From Vicugna vicugna (Eukaryota): a stretch of 64,000 nucleotides of DNA. Below the pieces are notes generated by a model. That model was not told the origin of the DNA. It saw only the letters and a list, made by a program, of their open reading frames with translations, and did no database searches. The stretch covers positions 10,581,720-10,645,719 of the forward strand of contig MU058065.1 in the NCBI GenBank assembly GCA_013265495.1, written 5' to 3'. The translations under genes were made by a program, and so were the position numbers. The number at the start of each line of letters is the position of its first letter. The first letter of the stretch is position 1. Of this stretch, positions 25,860 through 41,460 are shown in pieces.

Positions 25860-28545
25860 GTACATGTGCAAGTCAGTGATATTAGTAAATCATTATAGAG
25901 CTGTGCAGTTGCCATCACACTCAGTTACAGAACATTTTTCTCATCTGAGATACTTCTTTTGTGTCTGTTTGCAGCTATTTCTTAGTCTCACCTTCCATTT
26001 CCAGGCAACCACTCATCTGCTTTCCATCTCTATAGATTTGCATTCCTGGACATTTAATGTGAAAGGCATCATGAAATATATATTCTTTATGTCTGACTTT
26101 CTTCACTTAGCATAATGTTTTTGAGATTCACCTATGTTACATCATAAAACATACATTTTAGCTTTTAAATTTTAATAATATTCCATTTTTCCCTATTTTT
26201 GTATGTTCATTCAACAATGGAGATATATTTAGATTGTTTCAGTTTGGGGCTATTATGAATAATGCTGCTATGCACTTTCACAAACATATGTGGTTTCATT
26301 TCTCTTGGAAAGAGTCCTAAGACTGCAAATACTGAATCGTATAACAAGTTTAAGTTTAACTTTTAAGGAAATGACCAAATGCCAAATTGGCTGCACTGTT
26401 CACATTCCCACCGGCAGTATCTGATTCCAGTTTCTCCACTTCCTTACCAGTACACTTTATTGTCAGTATTTTGTCTATATTAAGTGCCTATTCTTGTATA
26501 TGTGTGGTGTACTTTATTGTGACTTTTATTTATGTTTCTCTAATAACTAATGGAATTTAATATCTTTTCATGTCTGCATCTTGTTTGGTGAAATATCTAT
26601 TCAGTTTTTTTTCTTATTATATATTTGGGTTATTATTGAGTTATAAGTGTTGTTTGTAAACTCAGGAGAAGTCCTTTAACTTCTCTTCAAGCATTTTCTC
26701 TCAATCTGTAGCTTACTTTTTTCATTTTTATTAATGGCATCATTTGAAGCACATGTTTTAAAATTTTCATAAAATCCAAATTTTATATTTTTTCTCTTCA
26801 TAAAATTTACTTTTGATGTATCTAAAAACTTTTTCCACAAACAGCTCCTGAATATTTGCTCCTTAAATTTTATAGTTTTAGCTTTTACAGTAGTTTATGT
26901 GATTCATTTTGAGCTAACTTTTGTGTATAGTGAGAAAAGTGTCTTTAAGTTAATTGTTATGGTTGTGAAAATCATTCAACAATTATTTGTTGAAAATAGT
27001 ATTCTTACCCTATTTTGTCTTGGCATCTTCATCAAAAATCTACATTTGAAGACTCTGAATGCTCTTCCATTTAATATATATATATCTACTTTGTTGCAAC
27101 ACCCATTATCTTATTATAGCTATATAGTTTGTTCTGATTTGGGGTTGTACAAGTCCTTTAAGTCTTTTTAAAAACCATTTTACTATTCTATCTTTGTGTT
27201 TCCATATAAATTTTAGAATTTTTCTTTATTTATACAAAAAAAAGCCTTTGAGATAAAATTTTGACCCAATTGGGAGAGATTCGTTGTCTTGATGATACTG
27301 AATTTTTAATCCATGAACCTGAAATATCTCTATTTATTTATGTCTTTAATTTATCTTAGCAAAGTTTTCTAATTTCTGTTATATAATTATTGCATTTCTA
27401 CTGTAAATTTATCTTTAAGAATTGTGTACTTTTTGATGCTACTGCAAATTAAATTGCTTTTAAACTTCTATTTTTAAATTGTTCATTGTGAGTATATTTA
27501 AGTATAATTGATTTTTATATATTCAGTTAGCATCCTGAAAGCTTACAATATTAAGTGATTTTTTTAAAAATCCTATTTATATTTATAGATATCAGTTTTA
27601 TTATAATTTACTCGGGGTATTTTACAATGTAATAATATTATCTGAAAATATATGCAGCTTTAACTCTTTTTTTCTAATAGGTGTACTTTTTATTTCTTTC
27701 TATTACTATGTCAGATCTGTGAGCTCATATTATTCCTTTATTATCCTTTTAGTTTCCATTAGATCTGTAGTGATGTCCCTGCTTTGATTTCTGATCCTAT
27801 TGTGGCATTTTTTATAATTTATAATTAACCTGACTAGAGGCTTTTTGATTTTCTTCATCTTTTCAAAGTCTCAGCTTTTGGTTTCATTGATTTGCTCTAT
27901 TAATTTTCTTTACTTCAATTTCTTTGATTTCTGCACTAACCCTAATTTATTTTATTCTGCTTACTTGGGATTTAATTTGCACTTTTTTCCTAGTTTTTCT
28001 AAGGTAGAACTTAGATTATTGATTTTAGATCTCTCTTTCTAATATATGCATTCATTGCTATCCTTTCCTCTAAGCACTATTTTACTTTATCCCACAAATG
28101 TTGATAAGTTGTGTTTATATTTTTATTTCCAAAAATCTTTTAATTTCTCTTGAGACTTTTAGAGTCATTCCACTGTGGTCTGAAACTAGACACTGTATAA
28201 TTTTTATTCTTTTAAATTTGTTTAAATGTGTTTTATGGCCCAGAATGTGGTCTAAGTGAATTTTCCATGTGAGTTTGAGAAGAAATATGTATTCTTCTGT
28301 TTTTTAATGAAGTAGTCTACAGATGGCAACTGTATGTGGTTGATTGATTGTATTTTGAGTTCAACTGTGTCCTTATTGATTCTCGCCTGCCTGATCTGTC
28401 CATTTCTGACACAGATTTGCTGATACTGTCAACTATGATAGTGGATTCATCTATTTGTTTTTGCAGTTCTATTGGTTTTTCCCTTAAAAGTTTTGATACT
28501 CTACTGATAGGGACATATCCTTTAAGGATTGTTTTGTCTTCTTAG
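25860..28545 (-). mobile_element. Old L1 (L1MB/MC-like) 3' UTR through ORF2 with internal deletions
   Basis: ccaggcaaccactcatctgctttcc, cacttagcataatgtttttgagattcac and ttttatggcccagaatgtggtct antisense L1 motifs. Confidence 0.85.
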
Positions 28546-30574
28546 ACAAAAACAAGAAAATTGGACAATAAGTGGACTGAATATATTTTTAAAACCTTAT
28601 ATTTCCCCTTTGGTGGTAGTAACTGAAGTTTCACTTGAAGAGAATTAACTTAGCCAAGACTATGTAGGGTAAGTAAAGTAAGACAATTCCCAAAAGTGTG
28701 GTCCTTAGACTAGATTGAGAAATATTTATTGATATTCTATGTAAAAAAAAGTTTTTGCAGACAACTATGGTCAGGATGCACAAATATTTAACCCTTGTCA
28801 CTCAATGCCTTCTTCCTTAAATCATAACATACTAACATAGTAAAAGTTGCAAGAAGTCCTGCAGTAATAAAGAATATGTAACTGTTAATTATATCTCAGA
28901 GAAGCTGGAAAAAGGAAGACTATACAACTCTATTCAATTGTTTGCCAAAGCAGAACATGTATATAGATACTTTTTTAGCAGGCTTCTTACGTATCAAGAA
29001 ATTCAGAGGTGCAGTTCAATCTATGAATATACTAATGAACATAAAAAATTTAATTAGCTAACCACATGCAGACAATGATTCAATTCACCTGCTAGTAAGT
29101 TTTTAAAATCTGTATTTATTAATATTATCTTGAATGTTCACATAAATTGGCTAGAGCTGAGTAGATCATTATTCTTTATTTATAGCAAACAATGACTACT
29201 GGTTTCCTGTTCTCCAGTCCTTATATGTGAGGTGATGCAATAGGAGGCAAATGTTATGCTTCACACATGGAGTCTGTATTGTCAGTTAGGAACCCTGAAT
29301 AAAATGATCTGGGCACTTATTTACATGCTGTATCACTCCTATCCAGAAACAGTCTCCTTGGAAATATAATGGAAAAGATACTGGCTCCTTACTCTAGCTC
29401 CATGTAATATAAATAAATCTCTCCATTGCAAAGATAAATAAGTTCGTTGTCTCCAGATTTACAACCCTGAATTTCTTCAAGGTCCCAGGTTTTAGCCTAC
29501 ATTGAAATGTAAATCCACAACTCTGGAGATGAATCTCTCTGGAGCTCTTTCTAATTAGTCATAAATTACCTTTCAAGACATGGCTTTTGCCCAGGCCTCA
29601 GGTTTCAGTAAAACTTGTTCAGAATGTCCTACCAGTGCAGAAACACAAACTATCTTCCCTACTTTGTCACACCCACAGTGCAGTAGTTAAAGCAACTCAG
29701 ATTAAAATAAGAATAATGTTTTCTTTCAATATAAGTACACCTAAACAGTAATTTAGTCAATTAGTAACTCAGTATAATTTGTAGTGTTATTATCTTAGTC
29801 TTTACAAATATGAGAGCATCATGGTAACAATGATTATGTATACCTAATATCAAAATATATTGTTATGAAAAATATTTGAACTTATAACTGATCCTACCTG
29901 CCAATAAAATGTTTTGGTGTCAATACTGACCTTTAGCAAACGTAGCTGACTGTGAGAATCCTACTTTTAGAGATAGAGTAAGGAAATCCTTAACCTTAAA
30001 AGTAGGCTAGTGGATCTTAATCAGAATTAAACTTTATGAAAAAAACTAGTTAAAAACAGAATATACCCCTTCATATGCAATATTCTATGGCATATGTTCA
30101 TTTTATTATAAAAAATATCAAGTTCTATCTATTTAAACAAATATAGTATCTAATATGTATATCCATTTATGTGATATGACATGAATCTTGAGGTTATTTT
30201 CTATATATACATAGCTGTAAATGACAGATGGATATCAGAAGTTGATCTCAAGTTTAAAAGCACTATCAAATCCCCCATTTTATTACAACAATAAAGTCTG
30301 TGTTTATATAATAAGACAGGCATATCACTTAGTTTTCCATACAGTTGATTGATACATGTTCATGAAAATAGCTAATATACAATATTCAAAATTTTATTAG
30401 GCTTCAATAGCCGAGAATCAGAAGATCACTATTTGAAAATAAAAATCAACATTTATTCTTAAAAAGTATAGTCATTAAATTAGTTTCAACTTTTACTCTG
30501 TGTATACTGCAATTAATATTTCTAAAAAATAAAGACACTTTCTTGGTGAATTTTATTTTTATTCATTCATGCAT

Positions 30575-32700
30575 AGTTTTTTTAACGTGTACTAGTAAAC
30601 ATCCAATAAAAGTGTAATGATACAATGAGTAATGTAATACACACCGAAGTACTCACCTCACAGTCAGCACCGTGAGTGCTCTTTCCTGATTCCATCCCCA
30701 GGGGTAGCACTATCTTATACTGGGTGTTTATCACTCTAATGTGTTTCTCTAAAATTTTACTACAGATATATGTATTGCAAAGCAATATATATATTTGCCT
30801 TTTATAACTTTAAATATATGGAAGTAAACTGTAGTTTTGGTAACTTGCATTTTTGCTAATCCATTCAATGGAGGGATATACCACAATTTATTTTTTCTGT
30901 TATTGGAAATTTATATTGTCTCAAATTTTTAAAAAAATTACAATGTTGCTATAAAATATTCTTTTTCATGCCTTTTTATATATGTTATTTCTGCTGAATC
31001 TTACTCTGGGGCCTAGTTGCCTTATATATTTGGTTATCTTAACATGTTTTCTGTCCATCCTTTTAAAAAATGTATCTATGTGAATTTGAAATCTGGGATA
31101 ATGGTCCCTCATCCAAGGGAAGAGAGGGTTTGAATATGCTTCTCTTAAATTCGTGGAAACAATGCCAGGGCTGGGATACTTTAAAGTAAATTGTTCACTT
31201 GATGTTATTTGGATCTCTCAGGTGTGATAAATCGGGGTTGAAATTAGCGCAGTAACACATCATTCTCCTTGCTCCACACAAACTCAACTTTTATAACAGC
31301 ATACTGGAGTGAGGGGGCATTTTTACCTCCACATCTCTCTACTCTGAAATCTTTTTCTCCCTTGAAGGTACAATTATCGTGAAAAGGGCCCTTTAGTGGT
31401 CTTTCTAGTTTATACATATCCACTACTTTGTTTTTGTTGTACTTGTTACAAAAAACTGTTAAAACCTAAGTTCAAATTGTCAGAATAGGAAGCTGCCTTC
31501 AGGGAAAAAAGAAGGCTTTAGATCTCTGCTAATCACTCTGAATTCCTTTGAATCTAAATTTCCATATTATTTATTTATTTGATCACTTTTTCATTCTTTT
31601 AAATGTATTTTAAAAAGGTTTTTTCTGATTTCCAGCAATATGATCGCTACAAATTACATAGAGTAGTACAGACAGCATATCCAATGTGATCATATTTATC
31701 ATCTCTTTTAATACTTTCTACTTATGGTACTTTTTATCTTCTTTAAAATTTAACAGTATCTAATGTAAGTCAGTATATTTATGCTCTTACCGAATATTAT
31801 GGCCTTAGAATATGCTGATTCCAGTCACTGCCTTCCAATTTACATCTTATTTTGTGCACTATACTGTATGTATGATCTTCCAAATTAGATACAATTATAC
31901 ATAATCAATGTTTATTTAGGTTTAACCTGATACTTCTCATTTTCCCAGTTTATTATTCCTTCTTACATCTGAAATCTTCATTTTGGGTTTATTGTCTCTT
32001 TTCCTGAAGCACATCATTTAGCAGTCCCCTCGATGAGGGTGAATTTGTAGTAAAATCTTCCAGCTTTTGTTTATTTGAAAAATTCTATTTCATTTCATTT
32101 GTGAAAGATATTTTAATTATATATAAGGTATTTGGCATAATTATATCCTCAAGACAATCCTAAAATATCATTTTATTGTCTTCTGACATCCAATATTGAC
32201 ATTAAGAATCAGCTGTTGGTTAAATTGTAAGTTGACATATATAAGCTTACTTTATCTCAGCCTACTCTTTGTTGTTTTTCAGTTCTAATACTTGTCTAAC
32301 TGTGGATTTCTTATAGTAGTCTCCTTGAGATTTGTTTTGATTTCTGTATCTGATAGTCCTGTCTTTTTTTCAAATCTGAAATCCACTCAGTTTTTATCTC
32401 TTCGAAAATCATCTTTCCTCTATTTGTCTATTGCCTACTTCTGAATCACTCATTAGAAAGATATTCTTCCTTTTCTTTCTTTCTCCATTGTACTTATCCT
32501 CCATCTGTCATTTTCTGTGTATCCTTGTCAACCAAAGACATTACACTGAAGATGTAGTATATGGATGCTTTTAAAAATATCTCCAAGTACCTTTCATTGG
32601 AGACCAAATATTCTAATTTGACTTTTAAAAACGTGCATAGCATGTCCGTAGATGTACATGCTAAGTAGACACAGGCTCTAGAAATCACTCAGAAGTCGTA
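30575..32700 (-). mobile_element. Patchwork of ancient L1 fragments (3' UTR at 30.6-31.0 kb; ORF1/inter-ORF-like at 31.7-32.7 kb)
   Basis: atataccacaatttatt...; gtagtaaaatcttccagcttttgtttatttgaaaa...gaaagatatttt antisense L1M motifs; the intervening sequence is uncertain. Confidence 0.55.
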
Positions 32701-35624
32701 TAAATTATCCTTCACATCTTCACTGTTTGTTTCTTTCTATACCATTTTATTCGGGTTTTATTGCCATCATTTATTTTCTTAGCATCTTTTTCTTGATGAA
32801 CAGGCATGGGTTTTTCCCCTAACATTGGATTCAACTGAAAATAAAGATCTTCTGACAGTTATTACAATGTCTTATTCACCAAGGTGGTGAATAGGCGACA
32901 TCTTACTTCCTGAGCCCTCCTCTATTCTTTACCCAGACATTTGCATAAGAAAGGGAAGATTAGAGAATATCTGGCACAAGGTATTAAAATATTTTTATTA
33001 TATAAATGGATAAATAAATGGTTATAATAAACTAAATACATGAAGAACAAAACTTTTAATGAGTTGCAGAATATAGTGCTATCCAAATTTCAAGTCAGTC
33101 TCCTGGCCGTCCCGCTAGAGGTAAATGTAAGTCCATTCTTAAATGTGCACTCATGCATATACATCTTCATACACACAAATATACACACATATAGACAGAA
33201 AAAAATCCCATCTCAATAGCATCTTTGTTTACCACAGTGTTTATGCTTAATAAGTATAAATATAAATAAAGTCAGTGTTCTAGCATGTGAAATGATTTTT
33301 ACACCATAACTTTGAAGGTTAAGTCATGTGCGTAAAATGGATGATGGCAAATCTCTAAAAAGTTACTGTCTCTGACTTGAAATATATTAAAACAAAAGAA
33401 AACAGTAAAAGCTAAAAGGTTTTCTTAAAAAAATATTTGGTATAATAATATTACACTGCTAATTTCTGTTCAGTTAAAGGTAGAATTCTTCTATGGAATA
33501 TTTACCATAAGTTTAATTAATCCTTGGCACAGAAATTAGAGCTGAACCATAGCTAATAACTGGCACTGCAAAGAAATTATGAGTCATAGACAAAAGGCAT
33601 AGTCCATGTATATTGATTTAAAGTCTACAAAGTTACTAATTCAGTCTATTAAAAAAATCACTACCACCTTTGTACACCAAAGTTCAAAGAATATTTTTGG
33701 TGGGAATACTGTGTAATATGAGAATTTCATTGTTTGCACAACAGGAAATTTAATCAGTGAGCTTATTTTATGGGCTTGGTGTAACTTCTGAAGCTAGGAA
33801 TAAAACCCAAAGTGTAATATTGGAAATGTATCATTTCATTATGTAAGTCTCTGATAAAGTGGAACAATGATAATGTTATCATTACTGTCAAATTAAATTT
33901 TAATAATATGGGCTTATTTTAGGAGTTATGGATTAAGTGATATTTAGGTTATATGTAAGATTATATTAAGAACTGAAACAATAAATGTATCATTGTAATT
34001 GATATTGATGAAAAATGACAGAATCAATTTTTTTCAAATATTGCTTATGAATTTTTGATAATATTTTTATTATTCACTTCCCATCTTAGTTTAGTATAAT
34101 GAAGAAAATATGCCTTTATTGATCAACAAGCACATATGCAGTGTTTTGGATTTTCATTCTGCACCAAGACAATCATTTTGTGTCATTGTATTTTAGCTGT
34201 AGGTAGATAACACTGTTTTTAATGTGGACTAGAGTACAGTGTTATTGTTAAGAAAATTATTGAGCCTGTGAAGTCTCACTTTTAAAATACAGAATTTACA
34301 CAGACTGCCTCTTCATCAGTGGGATATAAACGGTCCAACAAGAAACACTCTCAGGCCAAGTATAACTTTTTCTATTTCTGGCCTAAATATACCCATTCTT
34401 GATATCATCTTTTTCTATACAGCAAACATCTACCAAACTCCTTTTGGGCTTTCTCACAAGATTGAGATAGCTAGATCATTAATTTACTGGTCTTTGCTGT
34501 TTACTTCATTTTTGCATGGCTTTTCTCAGCATATTATCATTAACCTTAAGAAAATTCATTCTTTACATGGGGCCTACTTAATCCAGTCTCAGCCAGCTGT
34601 CTGTTCCACTAGGAGTTGTGTTCTGGCCTCACCTCTTCATACAAATTAAACAGTACAGCTTTCTTACGTTGTGTATTGCCTCCAATGCTACCCATAAAGT
34701 TGTTTATTTAACATAGTTTATTTTTAACTGTTAACTTCTTCAAGAAAATATATTTCCCTTCTGAGCAGTATTACCAAAGACAAAACATATTTTTTCCAGA
34801 TGTTGTATTTAATTTAGGTTTCTGGTCTTGGGCAATTCACTAATTCTCTTTACCTTTAGTTTACTTACTATAAACTGAGGGGTTGGGTGAGAATCCTTCA
34901 ATAATGTCATTAATCAAATTTAGGAGTAGTGTGTAAGACTCTTCAATTGGGCAATTAAGGATCTGGAGTTAGAACATCTATGGTTAATATTTCCCTTTCA
35001 AAGTTTTCATTGATTAGGTATGGCTACAACCCTTAGACATTTAATTTTGAAATTTAGATGTTTCCAAAATTTACTTACCAACAAATTTAATTATTTTAAT
35101 GTATTAAAGAGACAAATTAACAGAAGATCTTGGAATACTGGAAAAGCATACACATGTACATATACAAACAAAGGGCTTTACCAATGACTCAACTCTGAAA
35201 GAAGTATTCCAAATAGATTTTATATATTTAACATGCAACACTTTTAGTAATATCACAAACATTGCAGAAGCTATAAGATATATTACCTTCTAACGTGTCT
35301 TTCTTAAAGGCAGATTATTATATAATAATGAGAAAACCTAATGATATGTTACTATCTGAAGTATCACAGTAAGTGTTAGATGGAATGGATCATTCTAATC
35401 CTGAACTTTTTGTCCTGGAACCTATGAATGTATTAATATATTAAGAAAAATGCATTATATTAAAGAATATCATTATACAAATAGACTTATGCATAAAAAT
35501 AGAATCATCAAGTAAATCTATAGACATACAAACAATAGAATCACTCAATAAATATAAAATTGTTTATCGTACCAATATTTTAAATATTTTATCTAATTAA
35601 TATGTAGGCTGATATATTAGCCAG

Positions 35625-35820
35625 AACCCTGATCCAGTGGTTCCCTGCTAGACACTTCCTGTCTTTGTGATCTTTGAATTATTTAACCTATCTTAGTTTT
35701 CAAAATTCCTAATTGTCTAATGGAAGTAATAATTGCATCAACCCCCTGGATTGATGGAAATATTAAATAATTGAAAGTATGTAAAGTTTTCTGGCAATTA
35801 GTAAATGTTAAATATATTTT
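35625..35820 (+). mobile_element. MIR relic
   Basis: tgtgatctttgaattatttaacctatcttagttttcaaaattcctaattgtctaatggaagtaataat matches a degenerate MIR core. Confidence 0.5.
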
Positions 35821-37974
35821 AGCTAGCCTCGTACATATATTTTGTAAGCTTTCCTCTTTGAAATGTAGACTCATGTGGATGATGTTTATCATGACGTTTC
35901 ATAGTTGTAGCTATGAATAATAATTTAGAAATATTAAACTTCTGACAGAACTCTAATTTGAGAAGTAATCAGCCATTTCTCATTCTATTTTATTCTTTTT
36001 AAAAAATATTAATACTCAGGATTATGTGCAAAATATACTTTTTATATGAGAATTGTTAGTAATACTTATCACTATATACAGAAATTGAACGGGAAAGTAG
36101 TCAACATAGTTGTAATGCAAGTCCCTCAATGGATGTACAAGTTTCATATGTTGCATTCAATGGAGATATGCTCTTCAAAATTTACCTGGTTTTATAAATT
36201 TGCAACACTCATTAGAGATAACATAGAAAACATGAACTTGCTTAAAGATTATACTTATAGCATTTGTAGAAATTTTGTTTCTTTCTTTCCCTTCCTCTTT
36301 CCTCCTCCCATCCTTCTAAGGTAATGAAAACTTTTCTCTAAACCTTAATATCTTACTGCGATGCTTCTTCTGTGGTCAATAAATGCAGCTCTCATATATG
36401 ATTTTTATACATACAAATAATTAATATAAATATGAACCTCAGTTATTTAATCTATCTTTACTTAGACTGTTTCCCTTTGTTGTTGTTATGGTGGTGGTTG
36501 TTTTTAAGAACAAAGTGTTTGTAAGAACAAATGTTTATAGCAACTGTTGTAAGGAAGTATTTTCTTAACTGTCATGTAAATGTTGCAAACATATTTCTTA
36601 CCTTGCTCTTTGTCTATTTATGTCATATAGAAATGCCATAGTTTTTATTAACATGACTGTATGAATCTATTTTTTATTTCTGATTTATTTTACCATTACT
36701 TAAGTTTATTCTACAGACCCATTGTGTATCACAGTGTTTATCAAATATACAGAGTATTGAGATTAGACATTGAGACATAAGGTAGAAATGTGATTAAGAC
36801 CATAAAATTGCTCATGAACAGAAGGATAGAAAACATGTGTACATACAGTTTAATTAAAATTGACACTAGAAACATTCTACAGGAAGACTCATATTTCTTT
36901 ACATGCATCCCATTCTGTTAGCATATATGAGTTGTTTGAAGCCTAGCCAAATTTTTCTTTGCCTGTGTGCAGAGCAAGAATGGGCGTGGATGACAGTATC
37001 AAGAGAGTTAAGTGTTATTGTATAAGCAACTTTACACAATATAAATATTGTAATTACTGATTTTGCTTGTTACTGCCTATGTTTAATATTATATTTACAT
37101 TTTTGTATATGCATTTATCTGTGTCAGTGTATCAGAGAGGAAGTCTGTGTCAGACCACTTATAAAGAAAAAAATATAAAACACAATTACTTGTATACTTA
37201 AATTTAGAATTAGCAAATTATTGCTGTTAGTGTCTTGAAAGTCACAGTTTATACTCAGTATTGAAAACCAACATAGATTTATATTACACAAATAGAATAC
37301 AAATCATATTATACAGAAAATAAGTTTCTGTTTGCAATTATAAAAATCAGTGTATGTGAGTTATACATTTCAAAAATTGAACACCTATAATTTTTAGAAA
37401 ATACCTGCTTTCTGTATTAAGTTCTACAAATGAAGTAGATATGTATGTATTTAAAATAAAACAGAATCATTATACAAATAAGTCAAAACAAGTTGCTTTG
37501 AAAGAATCATTGTTTTTTAAAAATGCAGCTTGGAAAAGCAATTACATTTTCTAGACTTAAAATACTTTTACTTGGCCCACCAAACTTGTGCTTTATGACA
37601 TTTAAGCTGCCATAAAATTCATCCCCCTTAACTATATACAAGTTACTTTTTTGTCCTATTTTTAAGTAATTTTATATTTTTATGATTAAATGTAATGTTT
37701 CAATGTAAAACAAAAAACTAACTAAAAATGCATAAAATACATAATGTACATGATCATGGATTACATAAACTTATTACCACAACCCACTCAAGTTAAGAGA
37801 TACACACAAATACTGGTAAATCAGAGGTTCACCCTTTACCTTTTCTTAATGAATAGCATTTCTTTTTTTCAAAGGTCATAACTACTTTTACTGTTATATA
37901 GATGACAATCATTTTCTTTTCCTTATCTTAACTAGCTACTTGGTGCCAAAGATATGTAGATCTTTTAATATTGT

Positions 37975-38050
37975 CAATCCACAGCTGTTTGAACCAGTGG
38001 ATGCAAAAACCTTGGATATGGAACCTGTGGATGAAAAGAACCAACTATAT
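37975..38050. mobile_element. Tigger/MER2-type DNA transposon terminal fragment
   Basis: atccacagctgtttgaaccagtggatgcaaaaaccttggatatggaacctgtggatgaaaagaaccaacta resembles MER2-family ends. Confidence 0.6.
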
Positions 38051-38051
38051 A

Positions 38052-39630
38052 TCTACCTCTAAATGACATTTTTATATAGAAAATACCAAAGATTTCACTC
38101 ACATACACAAACTATGAGAGTTAATAAGTTTAACAAAATTAAAGAGTACAAGATCAACACACAAAAATCAGGTGTACACCAGCAATAAGCAATCAAAAAG
38201 GAAGTTTAAGAAAACCAATTAAATTTAGAATAGCATCCAAAAGAATAAAATGCACAACAATAAAGATAACCAAGGAAGTGAAAGACTTGTACATTGATAC
38301 CTATATAACAATGTTGAAATAAATTAAAGAATACCTAAATAAATAAAATGACATCCCATATTTATGAACTAGAAGACTTAATGTTAATATGGTAATACTC
38401 TCCAAAACAGATTCAATGCAATCCCTATGAAAATCCCAGTGGCTTTCTTATAGAAATAGAAAGTACCCTGAATTGCAAAATAAACTTGAAAAAGAGAAAG
38501 AAAGTTGAAGGAATCATTTTCAAATTTCAAAAGTTACTACAGAGCTATAGTAATCAAAACAGTGTGGTACTAGTATTAAGATGGACATATAGATCAATGG
38601 AATAGAATCAGTGTCCAGAAATAAATACATCTATGGTCGACTGATTTTTGACAAGGTTGTCAAGAGCATTTAAGGAGGAAAGAATAATCTCTTCAACAGG
38701 TGGTTCTGGGACAAAGTGTATATCCATATGCAGAAGAATAAAATTTGACCCCTACTTAAAACTTTATATGAAAAGTATCTCTAAATGGATTAATGACCTA
38801 AATATAAAAGCTAAAACTATAAATATCTTAGAAAACATAGGGATAAATCATGACTTTGAATTTGGTAACATATTTTTAAATATGATAACATGTTACTTGC
38901 GTAGCAGGGATAAGAACAGAAAAATAGAAAAAATAGAAAAGTTGGATTTCATAATTATTAATTTTTTCTATATTAAAGAGCATTATCAAAAGATTGCAAA
39001 TGCACCCTACAGCATGGGAGAAAATATTTGCAGATGATATATTTGATAAGGCTCTAATATATATATATGTGTGTGTATATGTATATATATATATATATGT
39101 AAATTATAATTCAACAACAGAAAGACAAAACAAATTGAAAATGGTCATAAGACATTGCTCTAAAAATGCACAAATTATCAACAAGCACATGAAATTATTC
39201 TCAACATAATTATTTGCTAGGGATGTGAAAATCAAAGCCATTTTAAAGATACAACTTCATAGTCAGTGATAAGCAAACAAACAAAAAACAAATATGGAGA
39301 ATAGCAAGTATCAGCAAGGATGTGGGTAAATAATAACCATCATACATTGCTAGCAGAAATGTAAAATGGTTCAGCCACTGAGGAAAACAGTTCAGCAGTT
39401 CCTTAGATAGTAAAAAAAAAACTATAGGGATACCATATGACCCAGTAATCCTACTCACACAGGTACTCCAACAAATGCTTATACCTAAATGTTCATAGCA
39501 GTACTATACACAGTAGCCAAAAGGTGGAAACAACCCAAATTTCCATCAATGGATGAATGGGTAAACAAATTATGTGATATATATATAATAATATATATAA
39601 TAATATATATTATTCAGTTATAAAGAGAAG
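38052..39630 (+). mobile_element. Old L1 ORF2 3' half (L1MB-like)
   Basis: cagattcaatgcaatccctat, acagagctatagtaatcaaaacagtgtggtact and gttcatagcagtactatacacagtagccaaaaggtggaaacaacccaaat ORF2 motifs; decayed ORFs at 38648-39209. Confidence 0.9.
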
Positions 39631-40126
39631 AATATCCTTGTTATATTTAACAAATTCACACATGGTAATAACTTGTTTATTGTATTTACCTATAAATTGT
39701 ACTAAGAATTATACTGGTTATGAAATCAGGGCACCTGAGAATCATGGGCCCTCACATTCTCCTCTTGCTTTCAATTTCCTTCTTGTATACCTTCAGTTTC
39801 TTCTCTAGTATTAAGTTCCAGTTTTCATGCCCTCCCACCTTCCCTTTGCTCTATCCTAAGATTCTCTTTCCTACTGACTCCACCTTCTAACTTTCAACTC
39901 CCATGTCCCCACTGAAGTGTCCCCTCTGCTCCCAAGTCTGGTCCATCTTTCTCAGACCATCTTAGTCAACATTATCTGCCCATACACACCCCCATTTTGG
40001 GGACAGATAGCCAAGTCTCTATGTCATAATACTTCTTATCTTTTTTGAATCAGAAAACACTTCCCTTCAAGCACCAGTAACGTGGGATGGAGAAAAGCAA
40101 AAACTTCACAGACATTTTCAAAACTT

Positions 40127-40345
40127 CAATTAACCCTTGAACAACATGGTTTTGAATTGTGCAGGTCTACTTATACATGGATTTTTTCCAATAAATATTG
40201 TAGTGCTACATGATCTAAGGTTGGTTGAATTTGTGGATGCAGAACTATGATATAGAAGGCCCACTATGGAACTGGAGTATCCCTGGATTTTGGTAGCTTT
40301 AAGGGGTCTTGGAACCAATTCCCCACAGTATCTGCAGGATGACTG
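40127..40345. mobile_element. Tigger2/MER8-like Tc1-mariner MITE (~220 bp)
   Basis: Starts caattaacccttgaacaacatggttttgaattgtgcaggtctacttatac; ends ggaaccaattccccacag...gatgactg followed by TA. Confidence 0.85.
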
Positions 40346-40399
40346 TATAAAGAAATCCCATCCAATGCAAACTGTTAAATTGCCACAGACCCTATATAG

Positions 40400-41460
40400 G
40401 CTAAACACAATGTTTGTAAAGGAAATTAATCATTTCCAAAATTAATCATTCAGAAAACTAGTGTTCAGCCAAACTTTTCAGCTTGTTTTTGAAAATATCA
40501 AATTTCTTGGAAGTAAGATAATCTTACGAAACACATAGAAGACAGATTGTGTTTGGCAAGCAGCATGATCATGGCCACTGAAAAGAGTGAGATTTAAATT
40601 TTTGCAGACACAAATACACAAAGATCCATGAGTAGTTAAAGTCTAAGTAATGAAAGTAAGATTAATGAATTAAAGGAAAAATTGAAAACTAAATCCCAGA
40701 GATGGCTCGTTTAAAAACAATAATGAACAACTATAAAATAAATTTATCTGATCTATTCAAAAAAGTTAAAAATAAGTAAATGACAAAACTATGCATGAGA
40801 ATAAGGATAAAACAATAAGTACAAAGTAAGTAAAATAATGTATGTGGTTGATTTTTCTCAAATTCTTGGAAATTATCTTAAAGTCTTTGATGAAAATATT
40901 TTAACAAAGGTTAAATCATCAAACAGATACCCAGAGGTAAAACAATTTTAAAGTGAAGTTATACAAAAGGAAACAAAAGTATTGAATTACTTTTCCTCAT
41001 TAAAACACTAGCTATTTTCACAGATGTATTCGATGATACAGTTGTATGAGTAGTAATCCCAATGATATTTAAACTCTTTCAGATGATTTAAAAGGACAGA
41101 TTATACCTAAATTTGAAATAATCCGGATAATAGTTATAAGAAGTCTTTACAAAAATATCACAGAGAAAACTACAGGCCAGATCATTCTAGAACTGGTGCA
41201 AAATATTGTCTATAAAATTATATCTAGCTATAAAGACTTAAAATATTTAAATCTGATCAAGTGAAGTTTATGCCAAGAATGGAAAATTATCCAAAATTGG
41301 AAAATACTTTAGTATAATTTAAGGAATAAGTCAGTGGGGGAAAATGTGATTGTTCACGTAGACTTAACAAATTATGGAATCTAATTCCTTAATTTTTTTT
41401 TATAAAAATAAAGCAGAACCTGAAAGTTACTTTATTTACTTAAGGGAAAAATATAGAAAA
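40400..41460 (+). mobile_element. Very old L1 ORF2 relic
   Basis: A-rich; gaaaactacaggccagatca and tgatcaagtgaagtttatgccaagaatg correspond to decayed ENYRPI and HDQVGFIP motifs. Confidence 0.65.
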